Below are positions 7,999 through 16,921 of a stretch of 64,000 nt of DNA, piece after piece; within the stretch, counting starts at the first letter, position 1, and each line of letters starts with the position of its first letter. Both the position numbers and the translations under genes were made by a program. The DNA lies in IMG/VR virus record IMGVR_UViG_3300022555_000030, positions 24,295-88,294 of that record; one strand, given 5' to 3'. This DNA comes from a virus. Its lineage: Duplodnaviria > Caudoviricetes. Below the pieces are notes generated by a model. The model did not search any database. It saw nothing but the letters and a program-made list of their open reading frames with translations, and was not told the DNA's origin.

Positions 7999-8298
7999 AT
8001 GACATTAGAGGAAAAAATTAATTATTATGCAGAACTCACTGCAAAAGCAAAACAATTCGAAGATATGAAAACTGCACTCAGCAAAGAACTTATTGCAACT
8101 ATCAAAGGGATGGGATTGACTGAAAAAGAAACTGAAATATACATGGCGAAAGTATATCCAGTATCAAGAGATTATGTAGATGCTAATAAAGCTCGCGAAT
8201 TATTACCAGCTCCTTTGCTCTCTCAAATGATGAAAACAACTACATATGATTGTCTTAGAACTACTCGCAAGAACCTTGTTCCTTCCTTCGGTGACTAA
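7999..8298 (+). CDS. Hypothetical protein with coiled-coil N-terminus
   Basis: SD AGGAG; behind the triple promoter. Confidence 0.8.
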   Translation: MTLEEKINYYAELTAKAKQFEDMKTALSKELIATIKGMGLTEKETEIYMAKVYPVSRDYVDANKARELLPAPLLSQMMKTTTYDCLRTTRKNLVPSFGD

Positions 8299-8310
8299 AT
8301 AATAATAAAA

Positions 8311-8333
8311 TGAGGGGGTGAAATTCCCCCTCA
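8311..8333 (+). terminator. Hairpin TGAGGGGG-TGAAATT-CCCCCTCA
   Basis: Inverted repeat after ORF 7999; no clear U tract, and it abuts the next SD. Confidence 0.5.
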
Positions 8334-8348
8334 AGGAGTTATCAATAA

Positions 8349-8648
8349 ATGGATAATGTAACCAGGAATAGTCTTCAGAATATTATGAATGGTCTTACAG
8401 CCGAAGATGTTAAAGAGGTTAATGAAATGCTCCGGGAAGTTATTAGTCGAAGTAATTACATTGCTAAAGGTAACTTCTGCATTGGTGATACAGTAGAATT
8501 TACTTCCCCTCGTACCGGTTATAATATAACTGGCACAATTATGAAGAAGAATACAAAGACTGTCCAAGTCAGAGTTATAGATGCTGGAATGTGTGATAGT
8601 CAATTATGGAGAGTCCCACCAACTATGTTAAGAAAGGTGACAAAATGA
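8349..8648 (+). CDS. Hypothetical protein with SH3-like C-terminal barrel
   Basis: IGDTVEF...GTIMKKNTKTVQV...WRVPPTML. Confidence 0.7.
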   Translation: MDNVTRNSLQNIMNGLTAEDVKEVNEMLREVISRSNYIAKGNFCIGDTVEFTSPRTGYNITGTIMKKNTKTVQVRVIDAGMCDSQLWRVPPTMLRKVTK

Positions 8649-8863
8649 GTTTATTCCCTCAAAGCGGGTTTAAACATTCTAAAGAAGAGACTGAATCATG
8701 GAATAGATATTGGGAAGTAACTAATGTTAAAGAAAAAGAATTTGAAATAGGCGAAGAAAAAATTTGTAACGATTGTATGCGTAGTCACGATGATTGCCCA
8801 GATTGCTGTGATGGAGATAAATATTGTAGTCCTGATTCTTATGAAAGAGATATGGATAAATAA
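8645..8863 (+). CDS. Cys-rich acidic hypothetical protein (start probably 8645 rather than 8606)
   Basis: ATGA overlap with upstream stop; SD AAAGGTG. Confidence 0.6.
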   Translation: MSLFPQSGFKHSKEETESWNRYWEVTNVKEKEFEIGEEKICNDCMRSHDDCPDCCDGDKYCSPDSYERDMDK

Positions 8864-8874
8864 GGAGAATAAAT

Positions 8875-9060
8875 ATGGAAGAGAAAAGAAAATTAAAGAA
8901 ACCTTTATGGATTAGAAAAGCAGTAATAGAACAGAACCCTTTAATGACTCCGCCATTATTTTATTCCAGGAAGTATACTCTAGATAATATGGATAAGACA
9001 TTATTAACTACTAGATATTCTTCCCCGGAAGATCTATTCCATTCAATGAATATGAATTAA
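8875..9060 (+). CDS. Hypothetical protein
   Basis: SD AAGGAG. Confidence 0.6.
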   Translation: MEEKRKLKKPLWIRKAVIEQNPLMTPPLFYSRKYTLDNMDKTLLTTRYSSPEDLFHSMNMN

Positions 9061-9074
9061 TAATCAATAAAAGA

Positions 9075-9125
9075 AAGAGGGGGGTATTAATGAATTAATA
9101 ATTCTTTAGTATCCCCTTTTTTTAT
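9075..9125 (+). terminator. Intrinsic terminator-like hairpin
   Basis: AGAGGGGGGTATTAA...TTAGTATCCCCTTTTTTT. Confidence 0.55.
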
Positions 9126-9358
9126 CTCATAATTGATAAATAGGATACTTATATATTATGAGCCGGTAGACTACCTATATATTATTGGCATATGGACTAC
9201 CTACAAATTATTAAGTGATAGACTACTTCATATTTCTTTAGCGCTGACTACCCGCATATTATTTCTAGCTCTGACTACCTATACTTCATATATGCGATTT
9301 GCTCATAAAATTATTAAACCCAGGAATTATTAGATATTATTAAGCATTTATAAAGTTT

Positions 9359-9557
9359 TTGCTTTTTATTATTTAATTATATAATATATATATAAGATAG
9401 TAAATTAATAAGTTATATGAATATTTTAAATAATTTTTGCTTTTTATTAAAACATTTTATAATATTTATATAACAATTAGTTAAAGTACATTAATAAATA
9501 AATAAAGATTATAAAGACTTCAAGTAATTTTTGCTTTTTATTAATACAATATATAAT
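9359..9557 (+). promoter_or_regulatory. Three tandem promoters (9359, 9437, 9531)
   Basis: TTGCTT-N15-TATAAT at each, upstream of the ligase gene. Confidence 0.8.
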
Positions 9558-9620
9558 ATAAATATAAAGAATTAATTAAGAGCACAGTAAAGTATAAACG
9601 AAAAGTGGAGGGTATATAAA

Positions 9621-10739
9621 GTGACTATGATGTTAGGGGCAGATCCAGAATTTGAAGTTCAAACAAAAGGTGGTATATTCAAGAATGCTAGTGGTTTCTT
9701 CTCCACTGATACTTCTGAGAAACTTGGCTGCGATGGGTGCAGTAACACAGGAGAACTCCGCCCAGCTCCAGGTGATGGCAAATTTGTTACTAATGAAATC
9801 AAAGGACTATTAACTCGTGCTTTCCAACGTATTGGTGCTAACAATAGATTAATCGGTGGTTGTGGTGTTACTGTCTCCCTCGGTGGGCATATTCATCTTT
9901 CTGATGTAGCTCGTGACTCTACTATCCTGGCAATGCTTGATAAGTTTATTGCTATTCCTCTTAGACAAGTGTCTAATACTCGTATCCGCGATAATCATGG
10001 TTATGGTAGGCTTAGTGAATACAGAAGTCAACCCTGGGGATGGGAATATCGTGCTCCATGTTCTTGGATTATCCATCCTGCCATTGTTAAAGGGGTATTA
10101 TTAACTGCTGAGTACATTGCAAAAGCCAAGACGGCTAACAGGACATTATTAGAATTTGATGATCTCTATAATTTTGTTGCTGAGACATCTCAAGAAGATA
10201 TGCTCACTGTTAAACGTTTCCAGCACATTGTCTATTCCTTAATACAGAATAACCGTAAAATTGAATCAATGGAAGTCTTTAATGGTTGGGGCTTTATGGA
10301 CAATGTAGCAACCACGGTAATTCAAAGCAAGATATTCAGATTTGAATTCTCAAGTGATTACTTAATGGATCAAATTAATAGAGAGTTAGATTATACACGG
10401 ATTAATCTGTCCCATATTCTCCCTGTTGAAACAATCCGAATATGCGGTGCGTCTGATATTCGTGCTAACTTTGAACCGGCATTCTTTGTGCCTGTACGAC
10501 TTCGCCCAGTGTTTCCTCTTTATGTGCAACATACAAAAGTATTGACTTGGGACTTGGATACTATTGGTATCACTCGAAAGTTAAGAGAAGTATATTCACC
10601 CGTAAAGATTGCTTCTATGCTCAATGAACTTCGACGTTATGCAAAAAGGAATTATTTTAAACTCAGTGAGAATAATACCTGCACAATTGATAGAGAAGCA
10701 ATAACAACTAAAAGAATAATTGAAGGAGTAACTGTATAA
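9621..10739 (+). CDS. phiEco32-like COOH-NH2 ligase (type 2) with C-terminal extension
   Basis: LGADPEF, LGCDG, GELRPAP, LGGHIH and GWEYR motifs; GTG start with SD GGAGG. Confidence 0.85.
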   Translation: MTMMLGADPEFEVQTKGGIFKNASGFFSTDTSEKLGCDGCSNTGELRPAPGDGKFVTNEIKGLLTRAFQRIGANNRLIGGCGVTVSLGGHIHLSDVARDSTILAMLDKFIAIPLRQVSNTRIRDNHGYGRLSEYRSQPWGWEYRAPCSWIIHPAIVKGVLLTAEYIAKAKTANRTLLEFDDLYNFVAETSQEDMLTVKRFQHIVYSLIQNNRKIESMEVFNGWGFMDNVATTVIQSKIFRFEFSSDYLMDQINRELDYTRINLSHILPVETIRICGASDIRANFEPAFFVPVRLRPVFPLYVQHTKVLTWDLDTIGITRKLREVYSPVKIASMLNELRRYAKRNYFKLSENNTCTIDREAITTKRIIEGVTV

Positions 10740-11515
10740 TGTGTGGAATCTCTGGGTACATCTCAAATAAGAATAATCCCCTGGGATGGGATAAAATCCA
10801 GAAGTTATGGCTTAGTATTGAAAACCGTGGCAAAGATGCAAGCGGTGTTGCATGGAGTAATGGTGACTATTATATTAATATCTTAAAGGGGAATATGAGT
10901 ATATCTGAATTCATAAAATCTCCTGAAGTATTAGCTCATAGAGAGTCTATAGAGAACTCAAAAATGGTTATGCTTCACACTCGCGCCGCAACGCATGGAT
11001 CCCCTACAGACAATAATAATAATCATCCTATATTCAATGGTCGTGGCGTCTTAATTCATAATGGTATTGTAAAGACTAAAAAACAATACAAAGGGAAAGG
11101 AATTTGTGACTCTGAACAATTAATGCTTGCTATACAGAATGAAGGTTGGGAGAAGTCAATTGTAGGTACATCCGGTATGATGGCTATTGCATACTTTGAT
11201 ACTTTAAATAAAAGTTTGTATTTATACCGGGATACATCTCCGATGTTCTATACTGATGATAAAGAATTAATTGTGTATAACTCATATTTTTATCCTTTGA
11301 AGTCGAATATATCTGACAATGTAATAGAAAAGAAACCATATTCAATCCTTCGAATTAAAGAGGATACTCTTGAAAAGAAAGTTATCATGACATTCGTCGC
11401 TCCCAAGACTCAGTCATTCATTCCAAAGCATAATAAGACTTATGCTCCTGCTTATGGTGCTGCGCATGATTGGAAACAAACTTATGGATATGGTATGTAC
11501 GATGGTTGCTATTAG
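10739..11515 (+). CDS. Class II (Ntn) glutamine amidotransferase
   Basis: MCGI N-terminal Cys; RGKDASG; HTRAATHG; HPI; HNG; DSE. Confidence 0.9.
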   Translation: MCGISGYISNKNNPLGWDKIQKLWLSIENRGKDASGVAWSNGDYYINILKGNMSISEFIKSPEVLAHRESIENSKMVMLHTRAATHGSPTDNNNNHPIFNGRGVLIHNGIVKTKKQYKGKGICDSEQLMLAIQNEGWEKSIVGTSGMMAIAYFDTLNKSLYLYRDTSPMFYTDDKELIVYNSYFYPLKSNISDNVIEKKPYSILRIKEDTLEKKVIMTFVAPKTQSFIPKHNKTYAPAYGAAHDWKQTYGYGMYDGCY

Positions 11516-11518
11516 TTT

Positions 11519-11545
11519 TTGCTATTTATAAATTAATAGTATAAT
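11519..11545 (+). promoter_or_regulatory. Promoter TTGCTA-N15-TATAAT
   Basis: Consensus match. Confidence 0.75.
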
Positions 11546-11577
11546 AATAATATAAAGAATAGATAAGTGAGGATAAT

Positions 11578-11829
11578 ATGTATAGCGAGATATTCGAGAA
11601 GTATGATGGAACCGGCAAGCAATTAGATAATGCAAAATATTTCCAAGGTGAATGCTCTACATCTTATGACTTAACTGGAGATGATATACTCTCCTTCAGA
11701 TTAGGATACACTGACGAAGATGTAGCAGCATCCCCTGGGTATCCTTGGATAATCATGAAATTAAAGAGTGGTAAAATAATAACATTTGTAATTAATGATA
11801 TAGTACAGGAGAAAAGTAATGTTGAATAA
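11578..11829 (+). CDS. Hypothetical protein
   Basis: SD GAGGA. Confidence 0.65.
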   Translation: MYSEIFEKYDGTGKQLDNAKYFQGECSTSYDLTGDDILSFRLGYTDEDVAASPGYPWIIMKLKSGKIITFVINDIVQEKSNVE

Positions 11830-12232
11830 TAATGATGACTTTAGACATCCATTCCCTGGAGAATCATGGGTAAGTCTGCAAGATATAAGGAAAGAGATAT
11901 ACCGCATTGAAGGTATAGTCGATGGATTATATGATAAGATTGCAAAAGATGATAAGCTAGATGAGAGAGTTATCAAGAAGATGGAGGAAGACCTTCAATT
12001 TAATGAAGGGAAGATAGCCGGCCTTAAATTTGCACTAGGCATTGGGGATAAGTATGACTCATATAATATTAATGATGATACCACAGCAATCACTAAAACA
12101 AATTATATAGCTGATGCCAATGGTTATATCTCCACAAAAGAATTAGTCTCCCCTGGATCCAGTGCAGGGTACCTCATAAAAACAAATAATAAATTGCCTG
12201 AAATTTCTTACAACGTAATTAAGTATAAATAA
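11819..12232 (+). CDS. Hypothetical protein
   Basis: SD AGGAG. Confidence 0.65.
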   Translation: MLNNNDDFRHPFPGESWVSLQDIRKEIYRIEGIVDGLYDKIAKDDKLDERVIKKMEEDLQFNEGKIAGLKFALGIGDKYDSYNINDDTTAITKTNYIADANGYISTKELVSPGSSAGYLIKTNNKLPEISYNVIKYK

Positions 12233-12263
12233 ATAATTAATAAATAATAAGGGGATTAATAAA

Positions 12264-12545
12264 ATGCCTATAAATGATGCAACAGTAGTATGGGATAGCA
12301 ATAGACTGCATATGCGTGGCAGGAAGGCTTCTAGGAGCCTACAGATAGTAAAGGACATGGCAGTAGGGGAAATAATAAGTCTATGCCATGATGATGTACA
12401 ATGTACAGTAGGAATACCTAATACGAAACCCGCTTGCAGCTTAGGTATGGGAATATATTACTTGAATAAGAAGGGTGGTGGCAATATATTATATGAGTAT
12501 TATCATACTAATAATAAAATTGCTGTAGTGAAAAGAATAAAATAA
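12264..12545 (+). CDS. Hypothetical protein
   Basis: ORF track. Confidence 0.6.
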   Translation: MPINDATVVWDSNRLHMRGRKASRSLQIVKDMAVGEIISLCHDDVQCTVGIPNTKPACSLGMGIYYLNKKGGGNILYEYYHTNNKIAVVKRIK

Positions 12546-12551
12546 TTTCTT

Positions 12552-12578
12552 TTGCTTTTTACCCCTTAATAATATAAT
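12552..12578 (+). promoter_or_regulatory. Promoter TTGCTT-N15-TATAAT
   Basis: Consensus match. Confidence 0.75.
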
Positions 12579-12623
12579 AATAATATAGTAAATAAATAAT
12601 TGATAAATAAATAGTAAGGAGAC

Positions 12624-12866
12624 GTGGAAATGAAGTGCCCTCATTGTAAGAAAGAATTAAAAGAAGTTGTTTGGGAAACAAGTGGTGGTGTGACAGAAGA
12701 ATACTTTAAGATTGATAAAAAGAATAAGAAATTAATATATGAAGATACAGAAACTGGAGATGCTAATGATTCAAATTTTGTATGTCCTCTTTGCTGGGAA
12801 AGATTACCTTATGATTTATTAGATGATTATGGTATAGGGGGGATAGGCAATAAAGATGTTATATAA
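12624..12866 (+). CDS. Zn-ribbon protein
   Basis: CPHC...CPLC; SD AAGGAG. Confidence 0.75.
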   Translation: MEMKCPHCKKELKEVVWETSGGVTEEYFKIDKKNKKLIYEDTETGDANDSNFVCPLCWERLPYDLLDDYGIGGIGNKDVI

Positions 12867-13236
12867 AGATAAGAATAAGGAGATTAAAGTCAATGTAGTA
12901 GCAAAGACTAATGATGGGTGGTTAATCATTGAACGTTGTGACAGTGAGTTATTCTCAAATAATGTAGAAAGGAAAATAGTTATTCCTGAGGAGGTATACG
13001 AAGAAAAGAAATCATCAAATGATATTGTTCATATTAATCCTAACTCAAAAAGCTTTTATGTAGAAACAAATAATAATCCAGCAATTCTTAAGAAAGCTAT
13101 TATGGCTACTCTTCCGTGGTTAATAATCTTTGGGATCTTATCATTAACAACTTTACCTACTAGTCTCATAGTATGGCCATTTATTTATCTATTAATATTA
13201 TGGAGGGCGTTGAGTAAGAGAGGATACTTTAAATAG
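12856..13236 (+). CDS. Hypothetical membrane protein (C-terminal TM segments)
   Basis: LPWLIIFGILSL...LIVWPFIYLLILW. Confidence 0.7.
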   Translation: MLYKDKNKEIKVNVVAKTNDGWLIIERCDSELFSNNVERKIVIPEEVYEEKKSSNDIVHINPNSKSFYVETNNNPAILKKAIMATLPWLIIFGILSLTTLPTSLIVWPFIYLLILWRALSKRGYFK

Positions 13237-13246
13237 AATAATATTT

Positions 13247-13273
13247 TTGCTGTTTATTCATTGGTAATATAAT
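13247..13273 (+). promoter_or_regulatory. Promoter TTGCTG-N15-TATAAT
   Basis: Consensus match. Confidence 0.75.
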
Positions 13274-13338
13274 AATAATATAATAATTAAGTAATTAATA
13301 AGCAATAAATAAATAAATAAGGAGTTACAAACAAACAA

Positions 13339-13659
13339 ATGAAGAAAGCAGATTTGAAGAAAGGGGCAGAAGTAATGATTGTCTTTGGCAAGTATAAAGG
13401 ATCCACCGGTGTTATTTCTCGAGCTCTTGATAAAGGTACATCTTCTGCCAGGGCCAAGGTTAAGATGAGCAATGGCAGTGTTATGACTCTTGCGTCTGGT
13501 TATATGCAACCTCTAAGTAACTTCACAGGTGTTCATACAGGAGCATGTAATAATGCAGCAGCTATTAATGATACAGCTGCTAATGATATAAACGCATTCA
13601 TTAATAGTCTTGTAAAATGTATGGCGAATGCAGAGGAATTTAAAAGAAAATATATGTAA
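13339..13659 (+). CDS. KOW/SH3-like domain protein
   Basis: LKKGAEVMIVFGKYKGSTGVI resembles a KOW motif. Confidence 0.7.
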   Translation: MKKADLKKGAEVMIVFGKYKGSTGVISRALDKGTSSARAKVKMSNGSVMTLASGYMQPLSNFTGVHTGACNNAAAINDTAANDINAFINSLVKCMANAEEFKRKYM

Positions 13660-13683
13660 TTAATTTATTACATATAAATAGTA

Positions 13684-13712
13684 TATAAAGGATTAGCGGT
13701 ACATCCTTTATA
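13684..13712 (+). terminator. 10-bp hairpin after ORF 13339
   Basis: TATAAAGGAT-9 nt-ATCCTTTATA; no clear U tract. Confidence 0.45.
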
Positions 13713-13716
13713 GATA

Positions 13717-13807
13717 ATTTGCTAGAGGTGTGCAGGGTATCAACAAAAGGAGTGCCCATCTATTAATAATAGACAAAAGCCTTAAAAATTTCAGTCCTCT
13801 AGCAAAT
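13717..13807. ncRNA. Candidate multibranch structured RNA
   Basis: Perfect 12-bp closing stem ATTTGCTAGAGG/CCTCTAGCAAAT enclosing GGGTA/TGCCC and TCTATT/AATAGA stems. Confidence 0.4.
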
Positions 13808-13837
13808 AACTAATAAATATTATGAGGTACAAAACAT

Positions 13838-14050
13838 ATGGCTGACTGCAATAAAAGAAAAAGAAGAAGGACAGGTAATATGAAGTATATAAAGGAGGGA
13901 TATACATTAATATTAGTCGGTCCGAAGAGTATTTTATATACTATTGATCTTCATGGTATTTCATCTGATAGTATAGATAACACTGATATGAAATTAGACA
14001 CGATTAATGATATAATCGAGAATATTCCCAATGAAGCCTGGGAAGGATAA
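13838..14050 (+). CDS. Hypothetical protein (start may be internal, MKYIKEG)
   Basis: ORF track. Confidence 0.55.
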   Translation: MADCNKRKRRRTGNMKYIKEGYTLILVGPKSILYTIDLHGISSDSIDNTDMKLDTINDIIENIPNEAWEG

Positions 14051-14142
14051 TTAATAAGTAATAAATAATTAATAATAGGAGGATAAAGAGTAGGTAACCT
14101 TATAATAGTAAATGAATAAATAATTAATGTAGAGAAATAATG

Positions 14143-14190
14143 TGGGGGAGAAAGAATATCTATAGATTAATAGAATATCTTTCCCCCCTT
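14143..14190. terminator. Hairpin at the end of the + strand block
   Basis: GGGGGAGAAAGA...TCTTTCCCCCC. Confidence 0.55.
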
Positions 14191-14439
14191 ATTATATATA
14201 TATGTGTGTATTGCTAGGCTCAAAAGATATATAATAATAAATACATTAAATCATTTTTTGATAAGCACATCACTTTCTTCTTCTTCGCCTTAGTTTTATT
14301 GTATCATGTTTTTTTCAAAAGTAAATACCATGTATTTTGGATAATTTTTAATAATCAGAATTTTGTCCAACTATTAATAATATGAGTTAATTATATTATT
14401 TTTGTTCTAGAAATTTATTATTTATCAATTTTTTTTGTT

Positions 14440-14620
14440 GATTATTTATTAATAGATTATTTATTAATAGATTATTTATTAATAGACTACCTACATATTT
14501 ATGCATGAATAATTTATATATTTTTTTAAGTGGCATATTCATTTAGTTATTAATTTATTATTTATTAGTTGACTACCTCAATATTCATAGATGAATAATT
14601 TATATATTTTTCATAGGGGC
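14440..14620 (+). repeat. (ATTATTTATTAATAG)x3 followed by two imperfect direct repeats of about 40 bp starting GACTACCT
   Basis: GACTACCT...ATGAATAATTTATATATTTTT at 14485 and 14571. Confidence 0.8.
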
Positions 14621-14627
14621 ATTATTC

Positions 14628-15266
14628 TCATAAAAATGATGTCTCTTCTTCTTTCTCCCCTTCCTTCTCTTCTTCCTCTATCTTCATTCTATACTTATTA
14701 GTATCATGTTCTGCTATCTCTTCTAAGGTCATTCCTCTCTTTGCTTCCCACCTTTCTTTCTGATATTCAAATGAACTACTTATTAATAATTTATTCCCCG
14801 TAGCTGTCTTCCTTAATTCATTTCTTGAGAGTTCCAAGATCTTTAATAAGTATGCTGTATCCTTATTCCTTTTATCTCCCTCCCCTTCCTCGGGGAGATA
14901 TTTATACTCACATTCTGATTTACGGATACATTGCCAGGGATTACTTCCCATTAATACATCATTATATATTATGAATTTACAGAACATATTATGCATCAAG
15001 CATCTATCAGGATTAAACCCTTGAATGATGTCTGGCTCAGTTTGTCCCTTTATATATTCTTCTTCTATTGCTATATCTTCTTCTTTATCTTCTACTACTA
15101 TATCCTTTTCTTTATCTTTTACTATTATTGTATCTTCACAGGTTCCTGGCAATATGGGCATTTGAATATTTGTGATGCTTTGTCTTTCGTTGGTATCATC
15201 TCCGATATATGGATCCTCTCTTTGCATTTCTTGCATATTATATATACTCCCATTTTCCTCTCCCAT
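14628..15266 (-). CDS. Hypothetical protein (acidic/basic, Cys-containing)
   Basis: ORF track. Confidence 0.6.
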   Translation of the reverse strand: MGEENGSIYNMQEMQREDPYIGDDTNERQSITNIQMPILPGTCEDTIIVKDKEKDIVVEDKEEDIAIEEEYIKGQTEPDIIQGFNPDRCLMHNMFCKFIIYNDVLMGSNPWQCIRKSECEYKYLPEEGEGDKRNKDTAYLLKILELSRNELRKTATGNKLLISSSFEYQKERWEAKRGMTLEEIAEHDTNKYRMKIEEEEKEGEKEEETSFL

Positions 15267-15280
15267 TATATACTCCCATT

Positions 15281-15530
15281 ATTTATCCATTATTAATTAT
15301 TTATCAATTATTAATTATTTATCCATTATTAATTATTTATTTATTATTTATATAATATTTATATATTCGCTTTTCCCCGGGGGTGATACTTTTTATTTAT
15401 CAATGTATGATGCCCCGATATCAATTTATCAATAAGTTGTTTTTGACCGGGGAACATATTATTTATCAATTATTAATCATTTATCAATTATTAATCATTT
15501 ACTTATCAATTACTTATCCATCATTTATTA
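15281..15530. repeat. 18-bp tandem repeats ATTTATC(C/A)ATTATTAAT(T/C) flanking a GC-rich core
   Basis: Copies at 15281, 15299, 15317, 15461 and 15479, plus degenerate TTATCMA copies; CCCCGGGGG, GCCCCG and CCGGGG lie in between. Confidence 0.85.
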
Positions 15531-15542
15531 CTTACTAATCAT

Positions 15543-16634
15543 TTATTTATTACTAGGTAACTTACTAAATCGATCCTTTACATGATTTAATGCTTCCGCA
15601 TAATCTTTATATTTACCTACGACTTTACCATTCTCTTTTACATATGCTCCTTTTAATCCTTCATTAATATCTATAAAGAATTTCTTATCCTTTGTTGAAT
15701 ATCTTGTAATAGGTGAATACCCAGTATCATCTAATTCACTAACTGTTACTCCATGCTCTTGCATCCATGCATTTGGGCCTTGTTCAAGTTCTTGATTTTG
15801 CATTCCTTCAGCTTCATTTTGATCTGTCATACCAGCAGGATCTCCTGCATGAACAGCATTCATATCCTCTTCTTCTTCTCTTTCAAATGTTACATTAGCT
15901 TTCTTTCTGCTTTGAGGAGAATCATATGTTGGTACATATTTCTCCCCTTTTGATTTCGCTTCTGCTCTTCCTATGTTCCCTGGAGTATTCATATTTAATG
16001 GTTTCCAATAAAATTGCTTTCCATTAGGAGATGTTTCAATTGCTGCTCCTTTTGGTGCAGGAACTCTAGCCGTTACATATTTTCTTTCAAAGCCAGGACG
16101 ATCTTGGAATAGTTTAGGACGACCCTTTAATAAATTATCACTATTATTATCACTTGATTGATTATTTATTGATTGATAAATAAATGGTGAAGAATCCCCT
16201 AAATCGTAGAGTTTTTGAAATTCTTGGAGAGGGATTTCCATTTGGGTATCTTTACTTAATACAAAGTATCCTTCCTCAGATACATGACCAGTAAATATGA
16301 AATTAGTATCTTTTGGCATCTCCATTGCTTTACGAATAATCTGTAATTTTAAATCATTATCAGATACACCTTTTATCTGTATATTATTCCCCTCTTTCTT
16401 TATATAAGCATTTTCTTCTATATCTTTATCTTCTATATTATTATTTATATGAATATCTTCTATATCTTTCTTCATATAAGCTGATGCATCATTCATTCTA
16501 TTATTTATTTCTTTAGTATTGTCTGTATTAATACCTTGTTTATTACTCTTAATTTCTGAAGAATCTTTATTATTTATAAAGTCTTTATATTTATTAAGTG
16601 CTTTATATTTAGTATCTTCTGGTTCTTGTAACAT
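15543..16634 (-). CDS. Low-complexity protein with APKG...YW motif (possible head-associated protein)
   Basis: RKYVTARVPAPKGAAIETSPNGKQFYW resembles the N-terminus of ORF 20385. Confidence 0.7.
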   Translation of the reverse strand: MLQEPEDTKYKALNKYKDFINNKDSSEIKSNKQGINTDNTKEINNRMNDASAYMKKDIEDIHINNNIEDKDIEENAYIKKEGNNIQIKGVSDNDLKLQIIRKAMEMPKDTNFIFTGHVSEEGYFVLSKDTQMEIPLQEFQKLYDLGDSSPFIYQSINNQSSDNNSDNLLKGRPKLFQDRPGFERKYVTARVPAPKGAAIETSPNGKQFYWKPLNMNTPGNIGRAEAKSKGEKYVPTYDSPQSRKKANVTFEREEEEDMNAVHAGDPAGMTDQNEAEGMQNQELEQGPNAWMQEHGVTVSELDDTGYSPITRYSTKDKKFFIDINEGLKGAYVKENGKVVGKYKDYAEALNHVKDRFSKLPSNK

Positions 16635-16690
16635 ATTAATTATCCCCCATTATTTTTATTATGAACCCACCAATTATATAAATATTATAT

Positions 16691-16894
16691 TTATGTAATA
16701 ATCATCAATGTCTTATACTTTTCTTCTTCATTACAATTCTTCATAAATTCTTTTAATGCATTATGAGCTATTTCACTATTTTCTTTATTATTCCGGTCAA
16801 ATTTTAAGTTTAATCGTTTATTGCTAGGAGATATTACTTCCATTTCTATTATATCTTTTACAATACAAGATGAACTAGAAATTTTATAATCCAT
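16691..16894 (-). CDS. Hypothetical protein
   Basis: ORF track; SD AAGGA. Confidence 0.55.
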   Translation of the reverse strand: MDYKISSSSCIVKDIIEMEVISPSNKRLNLKFDRNNKENSEIAHNALKEFMKNCNEEEKYKTLMIIT

Positions 16895-16921
16895 TCCTTT
16901 ATCTCCTTATATATACTTATA

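Larger units (their letters stand above)
5208..14577 (+). repeat. GACTACC boxes in intergenic DNA
   Basis: Copies at 5208, 6319 (GACCACC), 7648, 7673, 9169, 9195, 9221 (GACTACT), 9246, 9273, 14485 and 14571; all on the + strand. Confidence 0.85.

Noticed and set aside
9169-9279. Regularly spaced GACTACC copies read as a mini-CRISPR array
   Set aside because: The repeat is only 7 bp with gaps of about 19 nt, far below CRISPR dimensions; it is not palindromic and no cas operon is present.
14991-15435. + strand ORFs rich in F/I/Y/L, including NYLSII repeats
   Set aside because: They are antisense to ORF 14628 or translations of the 18-bp repeats, with no SD support.
15281-15530. TTATCCATT repeats as true DnaA boxes
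   Set aside because: They match only 7 of 9 positions of TTATCCACA in very AT-rich DNA; kept only as generic iteron-like repeats.
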